Positions 27,671 through 43,738 of a stretch of 64,000 nt of DNA are shown here, one piece after another. The first letter of the stretch is position 1. Each line of letters opens with the position of its first letter. Under the pieces are notes generated by a model that saw only the letters and a list, made by a program, of their open reading frames with translations, did no database searches and was not told the DNA's origin. Source of the stretch: Chrysomallon squamiferum (lineage: Eukaryota; Animalia; Mollusca); NCBI GenBank assembly GCA_012295275.1, contig CM022678.1, positions 15,996,001 through 16,060,000 of the forward strand. Direction: 5' to 3'. The position numbers and the translations under genes were made by a program.

Positions 27671-27898
27671 AATATGTTTTGTTTTTCTATATTGTCAACT
27701 GGGAATTTATTCTGTTTTGGTGCATGCATGTTTTGTTTTTTAATAATGTGTTGAAGTTATCATGTTTTGGAATAGTTTAAGTATTTTGAAATAAAACTAC
27801 AGCCAGATGGATAGACAGACAGACAAGCAGACAGATAGAAAGATAGATAAAAATAAATAAAATAAAATTCACACTAAATAAATAAATAAAATAAGTGT

Positions 27899-27946
<48 letters not shown>

Positions 27947-28286
27947 ATGATTACAGTAATCAAATAAATAAAATTATTAAAGTAAGCAACACTAACATTC
28001 TAACAAGAACAGGTAAAAATGTCACATTGTATTAATCTTGGGAGGTTAATTACATTTCACAATTTGCATTATACAGGTAATCTATTTTAATTATCTAAAG
28101 GTGTATATGAAATCAACTACACATTATTAACTTTTTTTTAGGTGATTGATTCCCATACATAGTTTGATGTGGATTTCAATTAATTCTGCTCGGTTTAATT
28201 ATTAAAACTAATTTAAATTAATTAATATGCAAAATTTAAAAGAATATTTAATTCATGTGTGAAAGTCAGACTACAGCTGTGTCTCT

Positions 28287-28332
<46 letters not shown>

Positions 28333-28976
28333 TGCATCTGTGTGTGCTTTTGAGTCTACATTTATATGTATAGGTATATACTGTGTATCTGATTTCAGAC
28401 ATACAGACAGTATATCTGACGTCAGTGTTTCTTTTCCAAGAACTGACAGATGGAACACCAGTGTCAGATCAATGACACTGCAATAACAATTGAAACAAAT
28501 TCATAATAATTAAAAACAAATTCATATAACAAACAGTGACTTTTTCTGGTGAGGCAAACACTTTGTTTTATGTTGGCAGCCATTGTTCACAAAACAAGAC
28601 AAACAGAAAAAAAAAAAAAAAAATGATCTCCAAGCAACCATTTCCCATCTTTATTGCTTTTCTATTAATCAATCTGGCCCATAGAACTTCATTTTTTGTT
28701 TTCTTTCTTTTTGTCATTTTTGTGGGTTTTTTTCTTCAACAAATTCTTTAAGATGTTCTTTTCAGCTCAACACCACCCATTGTCAACGAGGAAGACAATA
28801 CATTTGTAAGACAATTATTGTTAAAATGCCAGGTATATACGTGCAAACTGCTACAGATGCCTTCTTTGCCAGGACATTTTTTGTTTGTACGTGTGTATCT
28901 GTATGTACAACAATAAAGACTCAATCAATGGATCTTATAAATAAGTTATCTGCCAATCTAATGTTCGCGAGTATAC

Positions 28977-28990
28977 GTCGCCATGGAGAC
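28977..28990. promoter_or_regulatory. Palindromic RFX X-box in an intronic CpG-rich patch
   Basis: GTCGCC AT GGAGAC, surrounded by CpGs (about 28790-29170) that are rare elsewhere in the intron. Confidence 0.5.
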
Positions 28991-29276
28991 AGCATGACAA
29001 GAGATAAATGAAAACACAAATGCACACGAGTATGTAAGTTAATGGCCGCCCATCATGAACTTCCTTTAACACAAAGTTTCGGGTTCGCTGATGTCAATTA
29101 AACTGATAAAATAGCAATGTTGCAGTGAGAATAGTGAGTGAAGGGTTCGAGAAAATGTTTCAATGTATGAAGGTATTTTAGTGTGATTCTGAGAAATACA
29201 ATTAATAGTAGTAGTAGTAGTAATAGTAGTAATAGCAATAATAATAATAATCATAATAATAATAATAATAACAAAA

Positions 29277-29310
<34 letters not shown>

Positions 29311-30664
29311 AATGATAATAACAGTAACATCAGTTAATAATAATAATAACAATAACAATATTAATTATAATAATATCTACATTATCAGTAATAATTATAA
29401 TAATCATAATCAAAATAGTAACAACAATGTCAATAACAACAACAGCAACAGCATTAACACAAATAACAATAATATATCATGATACTATTACAATATTTAA
29501 TTCATAACGCACGCATTATATCAAACGCACAACAATTAGAATTGACAATTACAATTTTATTAATAATTTATTTTGCCCATCCCGTAACGTCATAAGCCTC
29601 ACATCACAAGAGAACAATAGTTATCTCATTTATATTCTTTTCAACTCTTTAGTTATAATGCTAATACCATTCGGCATTCTTGTTTTCAAAATATCTCTGC
29701 TGGATTTGTTCAAACTTGCTAAACATAATGAACACATTCTAACATAGCATTATTACTTGTCTATCCTTTTTCAGGATTTATTTTTAATTTTTGTTTATTT
29801 TTAAACTATGATCCCTAATTTATCTCACACCCTCTAGTGTTCTAACAGATTTTAACAATTACAGTAGATAAACAAAAATTAATCTTCTACAGAATAATGT
29901 GAATAAATTTATGTTTATAGTATAATATAAACACACAAGGTAATATGAAAGAACTGCACCTTTGATGATGTCAGTACATTACATAATTTAATATACTTCC
30001 AGGTGTTATTTTATTTGATGTGGATCATTGATCTTTGCTAACAATAAAGTATGATAATAATAAAAGTAACAGAAAAATAATGAAACTTATTTATTGTCAA
30101 AGAAACAAAGTGTTTGCCATTTTCCCTTTATCTTGTACTAGACATTAAACTTTGCTAATAATAAAGTATGGAAAAATAATAACAGTAATAAAAGTAACAG
30201 AAAAAGAATGACATATGCAGAATCAATAAAGGACAAAAAGCTGCCATTTTACTCTTTTTCTTCTTTGTTGTGTAACCGTTATCTGAAGTCACACACACAC
30301 AGAAATGTGAATACAAAATAACAGAAACTCTGACAAAGATTTCACCGCTGCTAGCTGTTTACATTTGTTTTGATGAGTAATCAATGCTTGACACATTTGC
30401 TGTAATAAAAACACAAAAAAACAAACAAGATCAGCCAGTGCAAACATGGCTGCAGTATGTTTACCTTCATCATTACTGAATGAACAAAATCAACCATGGA
30501 GACCAGATAATAACCAATGTGTTCAATAAATATTGATGTAAAATAAACAGGGTATCAAATTGCGGATAGTGTGAGTTCATTGTGGACAGAACTGTCTGTG
30601 TTTACTCTTCCAATTGTGAATAAATTTCTGTATCTGTAGATCACCATCCGGAAATAATTATTAA

Positions 30665-31070
30665 TCTACTGAGTACGTTTAGTTAGTGACAGTTGAGTTT
30701 CTTAGTAACTGACTGAGAATTGAGTATCTTTAGTGACTTACAATTTTAGTAGCTTTAGTAACTGACAACTGTCTTAGTGGCTTACAATTGAGTATCTTTA
30801 GTGACTTACAATTTTAGTAGCTTTAGTAACTGACAACTGTCTTAGTGGCTTACAACTGAGTATCTTTAGTGACTGACAGTTGAGTATCTCTAGTAACTGG
30901 AACTGAGTATATTTAATAACTAACAGTTGAGTATCTTCAGTAACTGGAAATTGAGTATATTTAGTGGCTGACAATTTTAGTATCTTTAGTGAATGTCAAT
31001 TGAGTACCTTTAGTGTCTCACAACTGAATATGTTTAGTAACTGACAGTTGAGTATCTTCAGTGAATGACG
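30665..31070. repeat. About 24-bp degenerate minisatellite with a 68-bp higher-order duplication
   Basis: Monomer gacaattgagtatctttagt(g/a)act; 30721-30788 is repeated at 30789-30856. Confidence 0.85.
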
Positions 31071-32119
31071 TATATCAATAACAATTCTGAGCTTCCCTGT
31101 GTTCATTTTAGTAATAATTACAGTAACCTGTGACAGAATCTTTGGTATTTTTATTTCATGATTGTTTCATCCATCCAGTACTGCTTAGACAGTAGCTTTG
31201 AACAAGAGCTGTGGCATGCTGTAATTTCTCAATGGGTCAGAAAAGGTTTTGTCTTAAGTGCTTTCCTCTGGTTCTGGTGGATGGGACAATGTTGAAGAAA
31301 CAGTTCCTCTCTCATACAGTCATGTTCCACTGTCTTAAATTTAAATTTACCAGATATAGAACACAAGCAACACTTTCCATTACAATGCCCTATTCCTGTT
31401 TGATTTTCTAACTTTTTTTTGAATTTTTTTCTGAATAATTTGTTGTCCAAAACATTTATGCTGTCAAAAAATGGTAATAGGATTTATGACGGTTTGGTCA
31501 TTCTAAATAATAAATTTGTAGAGTCATAGACAAAATCTGAAAATGGTCTCAGGAGGGAATAGGCTATTAGCCTCATTAATGACAAAATAATTTGTCACTG
31601 CAATGTGTATGTGCTTGTGTGTGTGTGTTACATCATTCCATATAATTGTATTACTTTAGAATATGGTCATTTGTAAATATTTTATGTAAAACGTGATTTA
31701 ATGTGTCAATAATTTATGTAACGTAATTAACAAATTTAGGAATATTAATCAAAAAGTGGAAATCGGGCTCAGAACACATCAATCATTTAGACACAACAAG
31801 AGACAAGTCTTAAATATTTTGACATTAAAACTTAATTTTGTTTTTGTTAAAAAATCCCAGGTGTTAAGATTACAGGAAAACACTGTATGTACATAACAAT
31901 GAAATATAATGTTGAGTGCATCATGACTAAATTAAACCTTTCTTTCTTTATTAAACAATAACATCACTCTGATGTCCCTGTGGAGTTTTGACCAGTTTTA
32001 AACATACTATTAATATTTGATCAGCAAGTGAATGTGGCTTCTTATGACATAATCTTTCACTGCTTTAATTGTATCAGGCTTAGTAATTAATCTTCTTATA
32101 CAATATTTACAAACTACTC

Positions 32120-32410
32120 TATTTACTAGAAATGTACTTAAAAACATGACATCATTTTTTATATTGGTTAACAAATTAAATTATATTTACTAGTAAAAAC
32201 ATGACATCATTTTTTTATATCGGTTAACAAATTAAATTATATTTACTAGTAAAAACATGACATCATTTTTTATTGGTTAACAAATTAAATTATATTTACT
32301 AGTAATGTACTTAAAAAAAATGAAATTTTATATTAGATGAACTTTCTTTTAACAAATTAAATTATATTTAGTAGTAATTTTTAACAAATTAAATTATGTT
32401 AACTAAGTAA
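32120..32410. repeat. About 56-bp AT-rich minisatellite, 4-5 copies
   Basis: atttactagtaaaaacatgacatcattttttatattggttaacaaattaaattat repeated. Confidence 0.85.
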
Positions 32411-33414
32411 TGTATTCAAAAATATGACTTCATATTCAATGGTTATCAAATGTGTTAATTTTCATTCTTTTCAGAAGATTTTAAAAATTAAGTTATATTT
32501 TATGTTTCCCTTTACATAAAATACAAACTGCTAAGTTCTATTTGTTAATCTTTCTTAATATTAATTTTTGACAAATTAAATTGTTTACACGTAATGTACA
32601 TAAAAGAGAACATAATATTCTATTATAAAATTTTTAAACTGTTCTTTATATAAATTCTCAACAAATTAAAATTATGTATTTAAAAGGTGACATCATATTC
32701 TAGTTCATATCAATTTTGGTACATTAAATTTGAATAAATTAAGTTATTTTTGACATAATATGAAATCTGTTAAACTTACACTTTCAAGTAATGTATACTT
32801 ATTACAATAGCTATATTTACAAGTAAATATATTAAACATGTCATATTCTATTATATTCTGTAAAAACTTTTATTTACATTAAATTTTAAATTAAATTATA
32901 ACATATATAATTTTTTACAGTTCAAAAAAAGAATCACTGAATATATCTTTATTGAGTCTAATTAAATTTACAATGAATATTCTTGTATGAAAAGCTATAT
33001 CAATTTTTAGTTATAAGACATTTTTTCTTTTTTCTTCAAAAAGTTATTTTATTTATTTTATTTATTCATTTTTTTTAAAGAAAAAGTAATCTATTTCTAA
33101 CAAAAAGTCCTGATGTGAAAAGAAATTGGATATATTCTAAGAGAAGATTAAAAAAGAAAGTAAAGAAAAAAGAAATAATTGTAACGTAATGAAAGTAATC
33201 CTGTCTTAATAACATTGTTACAAGAAAAGAAGTAAAAGAGACTGAAAAATAAATTTACCAAAAATTAATATATATATAGTATGTATGTACATATGAAGAC
33301 ATTTTTTTTCAAAGGACAGATAATGAAAGCAATCTACTTTAACAAAAGATTTTTATTTGGTAACATATATTCATTATTACATTGATGTGAAAAAAAAATA
33401 TTTTTTTTTTTGTA

Positions 33415-33457
<43 letters not shown>

Positions 33458-34052
33458 TTTATTTTATTTTATTTTTATTTTTTTCTATTTTTATTTTTTA
33501 AATAAGAAAAATATTACTATATGTTTTCTAATGTCAGCTAAACCAAATTCATAAAACTCATCTTTAACTTGGCTACACCCTAGATGTGTTTTCACTTTCT
33601 ATATTCATAGTAAACAATTAGAACAATTAATAATTTAATAACAATATGAACTGATAATATTAGTTTAGTGTATTGATGGGCCTAACAAAACACACAGCCT
33701 TGGAGCAGCATTGAATTATTCAGCAGTTTGGAAACTGAATTCAGATAAAAGGATTAAAATAAACAAGATATATATTTAATGGCACCTTCCTGTAGCCTTA
33801 ACCTGTAACCCTAACTCAAACCAAATTAAAATATGTATGAGTTTACCATGGGTGGATAGCACAGTAGACTCACCAAGGTCTAGCTAATGATCTTAATCTG
33901 AACATGAAAATAACAAATTTAGAATGCAGATGAAATTACTTGCAATAAACACTGTTAGAAAAATGATTGGTTACTCTGACAGTATCCATATTGGTTCTGT
34001 TGTATTTTAGGATTATGAAAACTCTTTGAAGATAATGCAGTTTTGTATGTGA

Positions 34053-34100
<48 letters not shown>

Positions 34101-34599
34101 ATATTTGCATACATAGTTGAAAATAATTGTTCTATTAAATCTCTGAATGAATGAACTACAGAATGTTCTTAGTCCTCGTTTGTGTTAAAGTTGCTAAATG
34201 AATATGAGTCATTTATTGAAACATTTTATTTTTAACTGAAGAAATACATTTTTGATTGGATATCAGTGTGTGGCTGCTTGAAATTATCCTTTGCTGTTTG
34301 TTTGGAGTAATAGAGAACAGTTTTTATTCAGTCTGGGTTAGACTGTGACCAATTTATACAGAATATTGATGAGTATTTCAGAACAAAACAGTCAATAAAA
34401 ATGATGGGTTTGTTCATCAGATCTTTACACATTGAAAATATAAAATAATCAATTTGTTGTGATGTGCTTTGAGTAAACACTGGTGGACAGAGACGTGGAA
34501 AGACCACCATACTGTGACCAATGGCTGACAAAAGACCAGGGAAAAAGTTAATGACTTTTTAAAAAAAAATCTTTGATGCAGTAAAACCGTGACTAAACT

Positions 34600-35900
34600 G
34601 GAACATCACAAGTTTGTTCCGGACAACATGGTCAATGGATGCTTGAGTGGTTGCTAAGTTTACTTTTCAAAACAATAAAATCATACCCATTATAGACAGA
34701 ATATAGAAATGTATTCTGGACAGGATGGTCACTAGACCAGCATGACATTATAAAGTTGTTGTTTTTTTTAACAATAAAATAGTCAGTGGTCCAGTGAATA
34801 GTTACTAAGTTACTCTTTATAACAATAAAATACTGATACAACCAACTTAGAGAGATGGTTGTTAACACTCTTGATCAAAAAAGTCTATGGACCAGTCAGA
34901 AGTTACTAAGTTACTATTTATAACAATAAACTACTGGCACAACCAATTCAAGAGATTGTTGCAGATTATTCTGAACAACATGATCTGTGAAATACTGGTA
35001 TAACCAATTCACAGAGATTGTTGTAGATTCACACTGAATACAACAGTCAATGAACCAGTGAATAGTTACTTAGATACTCTTTATAACAATAAAATATTTG
35101 TATGATAAAATTTGGAGAGACTGTTGTATATTATTCTGAACATTATGACCTGTGAAGCAATGAACAGTTACTAAACTAATTTAGAGCGATTGTTGTAGAT
35201 TCACTCTGGACAGTATAGTCAACTGACCAGTGAACAGTTACTAAGTTACTCTTTATAAATATAAAATACTTGTATAATAAAATTTAGAGACATTGTTGTT
35301 GACTTTTCATGATAATAAAACTGTTAATTCTGGAAAGCAAACAGTTATTAAACTAATTTTTTGCAACAATAATCTACTGGTACAACCAATTTAGAGAGAT
35401 TGTTGAAGATTCATTCTGGACAAAACAATCAGTAGACCAGTGAATATTAATAAGTTTTGCTTTTGAAAGTAATAAAACTACAGCAGTACAGACAGAACAT
35501 GGAAGTTTACTCTGAACAATGCAGTCACCAGACCAGTCACAAGTCACTAACTTACTCTTTACACCAATAAACTACTTGTATAACCAATTTATACAGAATA
35601 CTGAACACAGTTTTGAAGCAGTGAACAGTTACTAAACTAAGTTATTGTTACAATAAAATACCTGTATAAACCAATTAACAGAGAATGTGGCAGATGCTCT
35701 CTGGACAAGATAGTTAATAGAGACCAGTGAATAGTTACTAAGCTACTCCATAACAACAATAAAACTATATACCATCGCAGACAGAATACTGAAGCTTAAT
35801 AGTCAATGTCCTGGTCAATAGTCACCAGCTACACTGTTTGTAATAATAAACCAGTATAGAAAGAAAGAGTGAGAAAAGTCTGGTCTGGCCAGGAAAAACA
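34600..35900. repeat. Ancient about 100-bp tandem array, about 12 diverged copies
   Basis: accagtgaa(t/c)agttactaagttactctttataacaataaa...aaccaatttagagagattgttg recurs near 34791, 34891, 35054, 35156, 35227, 35337, 35437, 35533, 35617, 35723. Confidence 0.8.
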
Positions 35901-36515
35901 ATGGACAAGTTTAGAGTTCTCATGTTTGTTAATCATAGAAAGAATATGGAAGTCCTTTCTGCACAAGATTGTCAATAAACAAGTAGATGGCTTCCAGATT
36001 TATTTTTTGTATTATTTCAGTGTACTATGTATATGGTCAATGGATCATATTAAGTTTATTTATATATAAAATTTTTTTTTTTTTATAAATAAACTGAAAT
36101 CTGTATAAACAATTATGGCAAATTCACTGGGGATAGCACATTCAAATGATAAACATACAGTTACTAACTTTACTTTTTAATAATAATAATAAATATAATA
36201 AATATACATGCATGTTTCGTTTGCTCTGGACAGAATAGTGAATGTACCAGTTTTAAAAAGTATGTACTATTTGTGAGCTTTAACTGACATGAAAACAATG
36301 TGCTAAGTTCATTGTAGACAATAATAATAATAATATTTTAATAGCAGTTAAAATGTGGTAATAGTAATAATAATTATAACAATGGAAGTTATGGTAGTAG
36401 TAGTAGTAATATTACTGTACTATTATAGATATACTAAATTAATACTGTTAATACTTGTAATAATTATTATAATAATAATAGTGGTAGTAGTAGTAGTAGT
36501 AGTAATAGTAGCAGC

Positions 36516-36550
<35 letters not shown>

Positions 36551-37329
36551 CAGCAGCAGCAGTAGTAATAACAATAATAATAATTAGAACAATAGCACTG
36601 AAAAGAAGGAGATTCAATGGACCAAATGTTACCAAGTACAGTATTATTTGTAAAAACAAACTATAACCACTGATTAAATATAACATGGTAACTCTAGGGA
36701 GGAAAAAACAAAACAAAGTCAACAACAGAAATCTCTGGATCACTGGATCCAAGAATACCATTATTTAGGTTACAACATGGTGACTTTGTTACAGAGAGAA
36801 AAAAACAACAAAAAAGCCCCATAAAATATTGGATTAGTGTTTCCAAAAATAACATTATTTGTAATACTACATAGTAACCAGTTTAGTAAGACATAGTGGT
36901 CAGTGAACCGGAGATTGGTTACCAAGTTTGCTATCTGTACTCAGTGAACTGTGACCAAACTTTGTATGATCAAGACAGTGCCTTTTCTACATCTTTGTTT
37001 CAGAATGAACAAATGATCAAGAACAAAAAAAAAAAATCAACAGCACTTTGAAATGAATAATATATTCTGCGACCAAATGAACAAATTGCTGTCTTTTTAT
37101 ATTTTGGTTTTTAAATGAATTGAACTTTTGAATAATGTAAGCCATTTTGTTACATGTTTATTTAATTATTGAATAAACCATTGATTAATGTTATTGATTT
37201 TTTATTTATTTATTTTTTTGACACTTTTGCAAACCAAATAAACAAACAATTTAGTAAGTTTAGTAAATTATTATTATTTTTATTATTATTATAATTTAAC
37301 ATGATTTTCTTAGTGAATAATAAACATTT

Positions 37330-37850
37330 TATGTGTTTTCTAAATGAATAAAGTTAATCATTTTGTGAATTGTTTCTAAAAGAATAAATACTTGAATAAC
37401 AATATTCAGTTTTGAGACATTATTTCTAAATGAATAAATAATTGAATAATTTTAGTTGAGTTTTAGTCTAAATATTCAATTGCCAAGCCATTTTGTGTAA
37501 TGTTTTCTAAATGAACTAGTTACTGAATAATTCTAGTTATTTTGTTATACTGTTTTTAAATGAATAAACTATTGAATAATCTCAGTTACATTTTTTTTTA
37601 AATAAATTTCTAAAGTACTACATCTTTTTTTTCTTCTAAACTACAGAATAATATATTACTCATTTTGTAATATGGTTTCTGTATATAAAATATGTTGGGA
37701 TACTGTTTCTAAATGAATAAATTATTGAATGACCTAAGTTGCTTTTTTATGTTATTTTTAAAGTACTGCATCTTTTTTTTTTTTTTTCTTTAGTTTCTAA
37801 ATTACAGAATAATATCTTAGTCATTTTGTAATATGGTTTACTGGATATAA
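37330..37850. repeat. Degenerate AT-rich tandem repeat
   Basis: tttctaaatgaataaa.tattgaataa repeated; 37610-37690 is duplicated at 37758-37850. Confidence 0.65.
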
Positions 37851-39585
37851 ATGTGACAGAAGCATTGTTCTTCACTCTTGTTATTCCTTTGTCCAAACAC
37901 ACACAAAAACACACACAAAATGAAACAGAACCCTAAAAAAACAAAACAATTATCAACAACAAAAACAACAAGAAAAAAAAAACAAATATTTATTATATTC
38001 CATTGCTATTTCAGGCAACCACCAAGTCCCACAAGTTGTTACAAAACAAGAAATGAACTCACAAGTGTATATAACCAAAGCTTGCCAACAAACAATGCAA
38101 TCTGATTTAAATATTAATAACTGTGACCCAGGACTGCTATGAATCTCAGTCGAATCACCCTCAATACTGATCACACCAGGCTGAACTAATCTCTTTAACA
38201 AAAACACCAGAAACAGACTCAGTGAATATGTTTGAGTGATACTAGCCATGTTGAAAAACGAAAAATCTTTTTTTTCTCAGCCTTTATGTTTTTGTTTTCA
38301 ATAAAGAAGAATTATTTTTATACAAGTTTGTAGCTTGTTTGTGATTATTGTGTGTATGTCAGTTTATGCATGCAGTCGTGCATGTGTGTGCTTTCAAGAG
38401 TTCGTATATCATGGGTGTCTAGTTATTTGCATGTGATAAAACCATGTGTTAAGTACATGTGCATACATCTATGACTCTTGAAAATACAAATTTGTAAAAA
38501 ATAATTTTATTAATTTTCAAAATTTAAAAAAAAAATCTCAAACCTCACAAACCTGTTCAGATCAGAGTGTAAACTCGTTAAAACACTTGATGTAAGAAAA
38601 CATAAAAACTATTCAAATACACTATTTATGCTATGATGTATTAAAAAAAAAAGAAAAAAGAAAAAGAAAAGGATGTATCCCATACTTGTTACTTAATTCA
38701 TATAGCATTCAAATAAGAGCCAACACAAAGCAAACCAAAACATGCAGATGTGAAATACCACAAATACAATGATAGTGGTATTCAATTACATTCATCAAGG
38801 TTATTTAATGCACTGAAAAACATTAAATGTCATTAAAAATTTGTAGAATGACATATTGATTTTGATTCTTATTATAACCTGTGAATATTTTTTTAAATTT
38901 AACTCTTGTTATTTTACTGATGGTGAAGGAATAGTGGAGTTTTTTTTTTTAAATATTTTTATATTATATATATTAATTTAAGTTAGATGTGGTTTTGTTT
39001 CATGTCTCATTTACCAAACTCTGTGGTATGTGCTATCATATTAGTAGTAAAATATATAAAAGATTATTTTGTTGCTAATTTAATGAGAATAACCCATGTT
39101 AAGATGCTGTTTTCTACTCTAGTATAATTCTTATAGATGAAACATTATCAGTGAATCCTAATAACTCGTAATAAAATAAAAAGTACTTAGGTTTAAAATT
39201 TTATTCCTTCATTTATTCATTTATTCATTCCATCATTCATTCACCACACACACAGTTCTTAATACTACAAAGGTTAACTTTCCCAGCAGTTTCATTATGA
39301 AAACAGATTTCTTGTCTTTCCAAGAATTTTAAAAATTTTTTTACATAATATTAATCATTTTCATAACTGCATGTAACATTTTTAAATAGTATTCATACCA
39401 CAAAAGAAAATAGTATTCATTTATAACTTTTACATCAGTTTATCATTTTGTTATTATTTTATCCGTATATAATTATCACCAACATTATAATTATATTTAT
39501 TATTAAAATTATTGTTATTATTATTATTATTACTATTATTATTATAATTATTATTACTATTAGTGTTATTAGTGTTATTATTATG

Positions 39586-39627
<42 letters not shown>

Positions 39628-40006
39628 TAAATTTATAAGTCACATTACAAAAATAACCACAGATATAATTACTTAATCTGTGGTTTTCTGGTGAATTATT
39701 TCGCACCAGTGATTTGGTCAACAGACCGAAGTGTGCATGTACATAATACATGTATCAAACAATCTGACATCCGAAACCAGGCACGCTTCAGCGAACACAA
39801 ACCTTGAATACTGTTAATCCCTTAAAATTAGTGATCTTAATCTTCTTACAGAGAAGCACACACACTCATGCAGACATACATACAGACAAACAGACACTTA
39901 TAATTAAAAAGATATTAATATACAACTACCATATGCATACATACATACTTATAAATATACAGAAACACAAATATAATTAAAAATGTATTTTATGTGTGTA
40001 TGTGTA

Positions 40007-40039
<33 letters not shown>

Positions 40040-40730
40040 TATTATTTTGAGAGAGAGAGAGAGCGAGAGAGGCAGACAGGCAGTTATAAAGTATGAAACC
40101 ATATACTAATAGTATTTACATACAGAAATATACTCTTACAAATATAATTTTAAAAATTATTTTAATACAAACATACACGCAGAGAAACAAACATTATAAA
40201 TAAAATAAGAAACTGTATATTGATACAGAAATAGAGACACTTATAAATAATTTTAAAAACACAAACACACACATGAAGCAAATTGAAAGACATATGATGT
40301 AATAATATGGTTATAAAGTTAGTAACTGCATTTTGTTCTGGCTGATAATTTTCAATGAGTTATTTAAAATTTCAAACACGTTCACTGGAATTTAATATGG
40401 TGATGTTTACCATACAACTGATATCAAATGTCAGCGCAAGTTTGAATTTAAATGTAAGAATGCCTTATTCAATCAGGTACTTAGGGTAAGAATATGGCAG
40501 GTGATAAAAATGTCTATGTACTTAGTTATTACAGATTTTCTGTTTTATGTAAAAGCTCATATATTCGTAATAGCTACAGACAGAAAGAGACATCTTTGAA
40601 ATTCTGAACACACACACACACACACACAACTGATACAATAGAATATGAAACTGTGTGCCAAATTACACTTTATCATTGCCAAATTAACATGCTGAAGAAC
40701 ATTAAGTCTATAATTCTATCAAATATCCAT

Positions 40731-40802
<72 letters not shown>

Positions 40803-40899
40803 GCCAGTGATGGATTATCAATTGGTATGGTGACTTTACAACATACAGACATATTAAGATGTTTGTTTTAAACAACAAATACCTTTAACTGAAAAGTTC

Positions 40900-40935
<36 letters not shown>

Positions 40936-41201
40936 TATAATAATAGTATTAGAAGTGGTAATAGTTTTAGCAGTAGTTTTAATAGCAGTAATTGCAGAAG
41001 TAGCAGTTGGAGTAGTAAAAACTGTCATAGACCACATACATACACCCATGTCATTTTATACCGCAAATTTAAACAACATAAAAGTAAGCAATGTCATTTT
41101 AACCCACAATATCAGATTCACAGTTATAATGGCAATTTTTATTAAGAACATTCTAGAAAAATAAAAACTTTGCATTGTAAGATATATATTTTGAATTAAA
41201 A

Positions 41202-41248
<47 letters not shown>

Positions 41249-42047
41249 AAATAAATAAATAAACAAATAATAATAATTAAAAAAATGTTCACATCAGAAA
41301 GTTAACCACATCAGACAATATCATCGGTTATTCTTTTGAAACAACAGCAAGAAATCCTTTTTAATATTCACCTTCCCTTGGAAAGGAAAATAGTATATAC
41401 AGTCATATATTATAAGTCAGTTACAGAACAATGTTTAGATTGTGAAATACAGACAGGAAAGAGCATGTAAAAAAACACTTGTAACTGATAGTGTTCTGTG
41501 ATGATAATAAAAATTAGATAAAGTCTCAGGTTTTTAATGTTGACAGCATCTTTCAAGTTGAAATGAAAACCACAGATAACAATTTTTTAATCTTTTTTCT
41601 AGTCAGTTTGTATACTAAGGTTACAAATAAGATAGTGTAAGATATTTATTTTTTATTTTTCATGTATGTGCAAATATACACAAAGACAGTCGCACTCACA
41701 CACATACACACAACCTAATATATACACATACACACACATACACTCATACACAGACACACACATACTCATATATACATAAACTCATAAACACATTCACACA
41801 GATATATTCACACATATTTATAACTTGCAAAACTTCCCTAAAAAAATGTATGTATGATGCAATCATCATAAAGGACAAAACAATGGGAAATGGTTTCTTA
41901 TATAGTTTCTTTCTAAATAGTTACTTCATTCTTGAAACTTTATTTTTAGTAAGGATTGGCATTCACTAGCATACATAATATTCATTTTGACCTTTACCTT
42001 CATTTTGTCTACTGGATCATTGTCAAAATTTAACCAAATACATGCAT

Positions 42048-42115
<68 letters not shown>

Positions 42116-42439
42116 TAACACATTTTTAAACAAAACCCAAGAACAATATACGTACAAATTCAAGGCAAGAAAAAGTAATATCTCAACAAAAAAAGCCATT
42201 ATGTCATAACTCATAAAAACAACATTACTGATGTAGAATGTATGCACTAATTAACATCTAAGGTAAATAATTTATCAGGGAATTATTCCTGAATGAAGAA
42301 GAAACCCAGACTAACTTCCCGGTGAAGACTGGAATAAGAAAATGTTTCACTGCATAATCTGTTATAATATTATTTAATTTTGTTTGTATATAACTTCATT
42401 TTAAACTAATTTTGAAATGTGTTGTATAATCTATGGCAT

Positions 42440-42830
42440 TATAATGTTAAATAATTTTTAATACTTTACGTACATAAAATATTTTATTAAATTTGGATTG
42501 ATATATATAATGTTAAATAATTTTTAATACTTTACACACATAACATATTTTATTAAATTTGGATTGATATATATAATGTTAAATAATTTTTAATACTTTA
42601 CATACATAACATATATTATTAAATTTGGATTGATATATATAATGTTAAATAATTTTTAATACTTTACACACATAACATATTTTATTAAATTTGGATTGAT
42701 ATATATAATGCTAAATAATTTTTAATACTTTACGTACATAACTTCATTTTATTAAATTTTATATAGACTCATATATTAAATAATTCTTAATACTTTATAT
42801 ACATATCTTCATTTTATTTAATTTTGTTAT
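42440..42830. repeat. 66-bp AT-rich minisatellite, about 6 copies
   Basis: tataatgttaaataatttttaatactttacacacataacatattttattaaatttggattgatata at 42440, 42506, 42572, 42638, 42704. Confidence 0.93.
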
Positions 42831-43356
42831 ATAAAACTGTATAGGCAACCTAATATAATACAAAAATATATTTCTGACTTCAAGCGTTTTTCTCTTTGAT
42901 TATTTTGTCTGCGTTAATTAAATCTGTTTATGTGTGTGTTTGTGTGTGTGTGCGTGTGTGTGCGTGTGCGTGTGCAAGGTACGTGTGTGTGTATATATAG
43001 ACAACACAAACACACATACATGCACACGCACACACACACACAAAACATCCACTATCACCCACATACAGACCATATTTAAATACACACAAGAAGTTTTGTG
43101 TAGCAAAAATGAACTGCACTTTTTATTAAAATAACATTAGTTAAGTAGGTGTTTTTAAATGAATGCAAATATTGCAGCCATATTGAATTTTTGTTTCAAT
43201 GAGTTAAATCATTACGAAAATTTCTTAATTAATTGAAAAGAATCTCTTAACATATTAATAAAATAAAATAAAAAATAAAAAATATAATAATATTGAAAAA
43301 AGAAAAAAGAAAATGTAAGAAATCATTAAATAGCTTTATTAGTACTTATAAGAACT

Positions 43357-43370
43357 GTTACCTTAGCAAC
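43357..43370. promoter_or_regulatory. Canonical RFX X-box in intron 1
   Basis: GTTACC TT AGCAAC matches GTNRCC-N(0-3)-RGYAAC exactly. Confidence 0.5.
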
Positions 43371-43473
43371 CTTAACTAACATGACTAAAAGCATATCAGT
43401 TTGATTTATGTTTTTTTTTTAAATGTACAGAAATATCAGATGCACACACGCACATGTGGAACAGCTGACAACT

Positions 43474-43521
<48 letters not shown>

Positions 43522-43637
43522 ATTAATGATTAAAATTCATGTATTTTTGTGATCAAGAAAATCTTTCATGTCTAGGAATCATTTTACATTTTACAAGATA
43601 TTTTAATTAAAGGCTGTCAACCATTAATTCAGATTAT

Positions 43638-43654
43638 TAACAAATGTTTATGTG

Positions 43655-43736
<82 letters not shown>
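43638..43736. repeat. (GT)n microsatellite
   Basis: About 100 bp perfect GT tract. Confidence 0.97.

Positions 43737-43738
<2 letters not shown>

Noticed and set aside
33795-33820. Telomere-like taaccc motifs
   Set aside because: Only 2-3 degenerate units.
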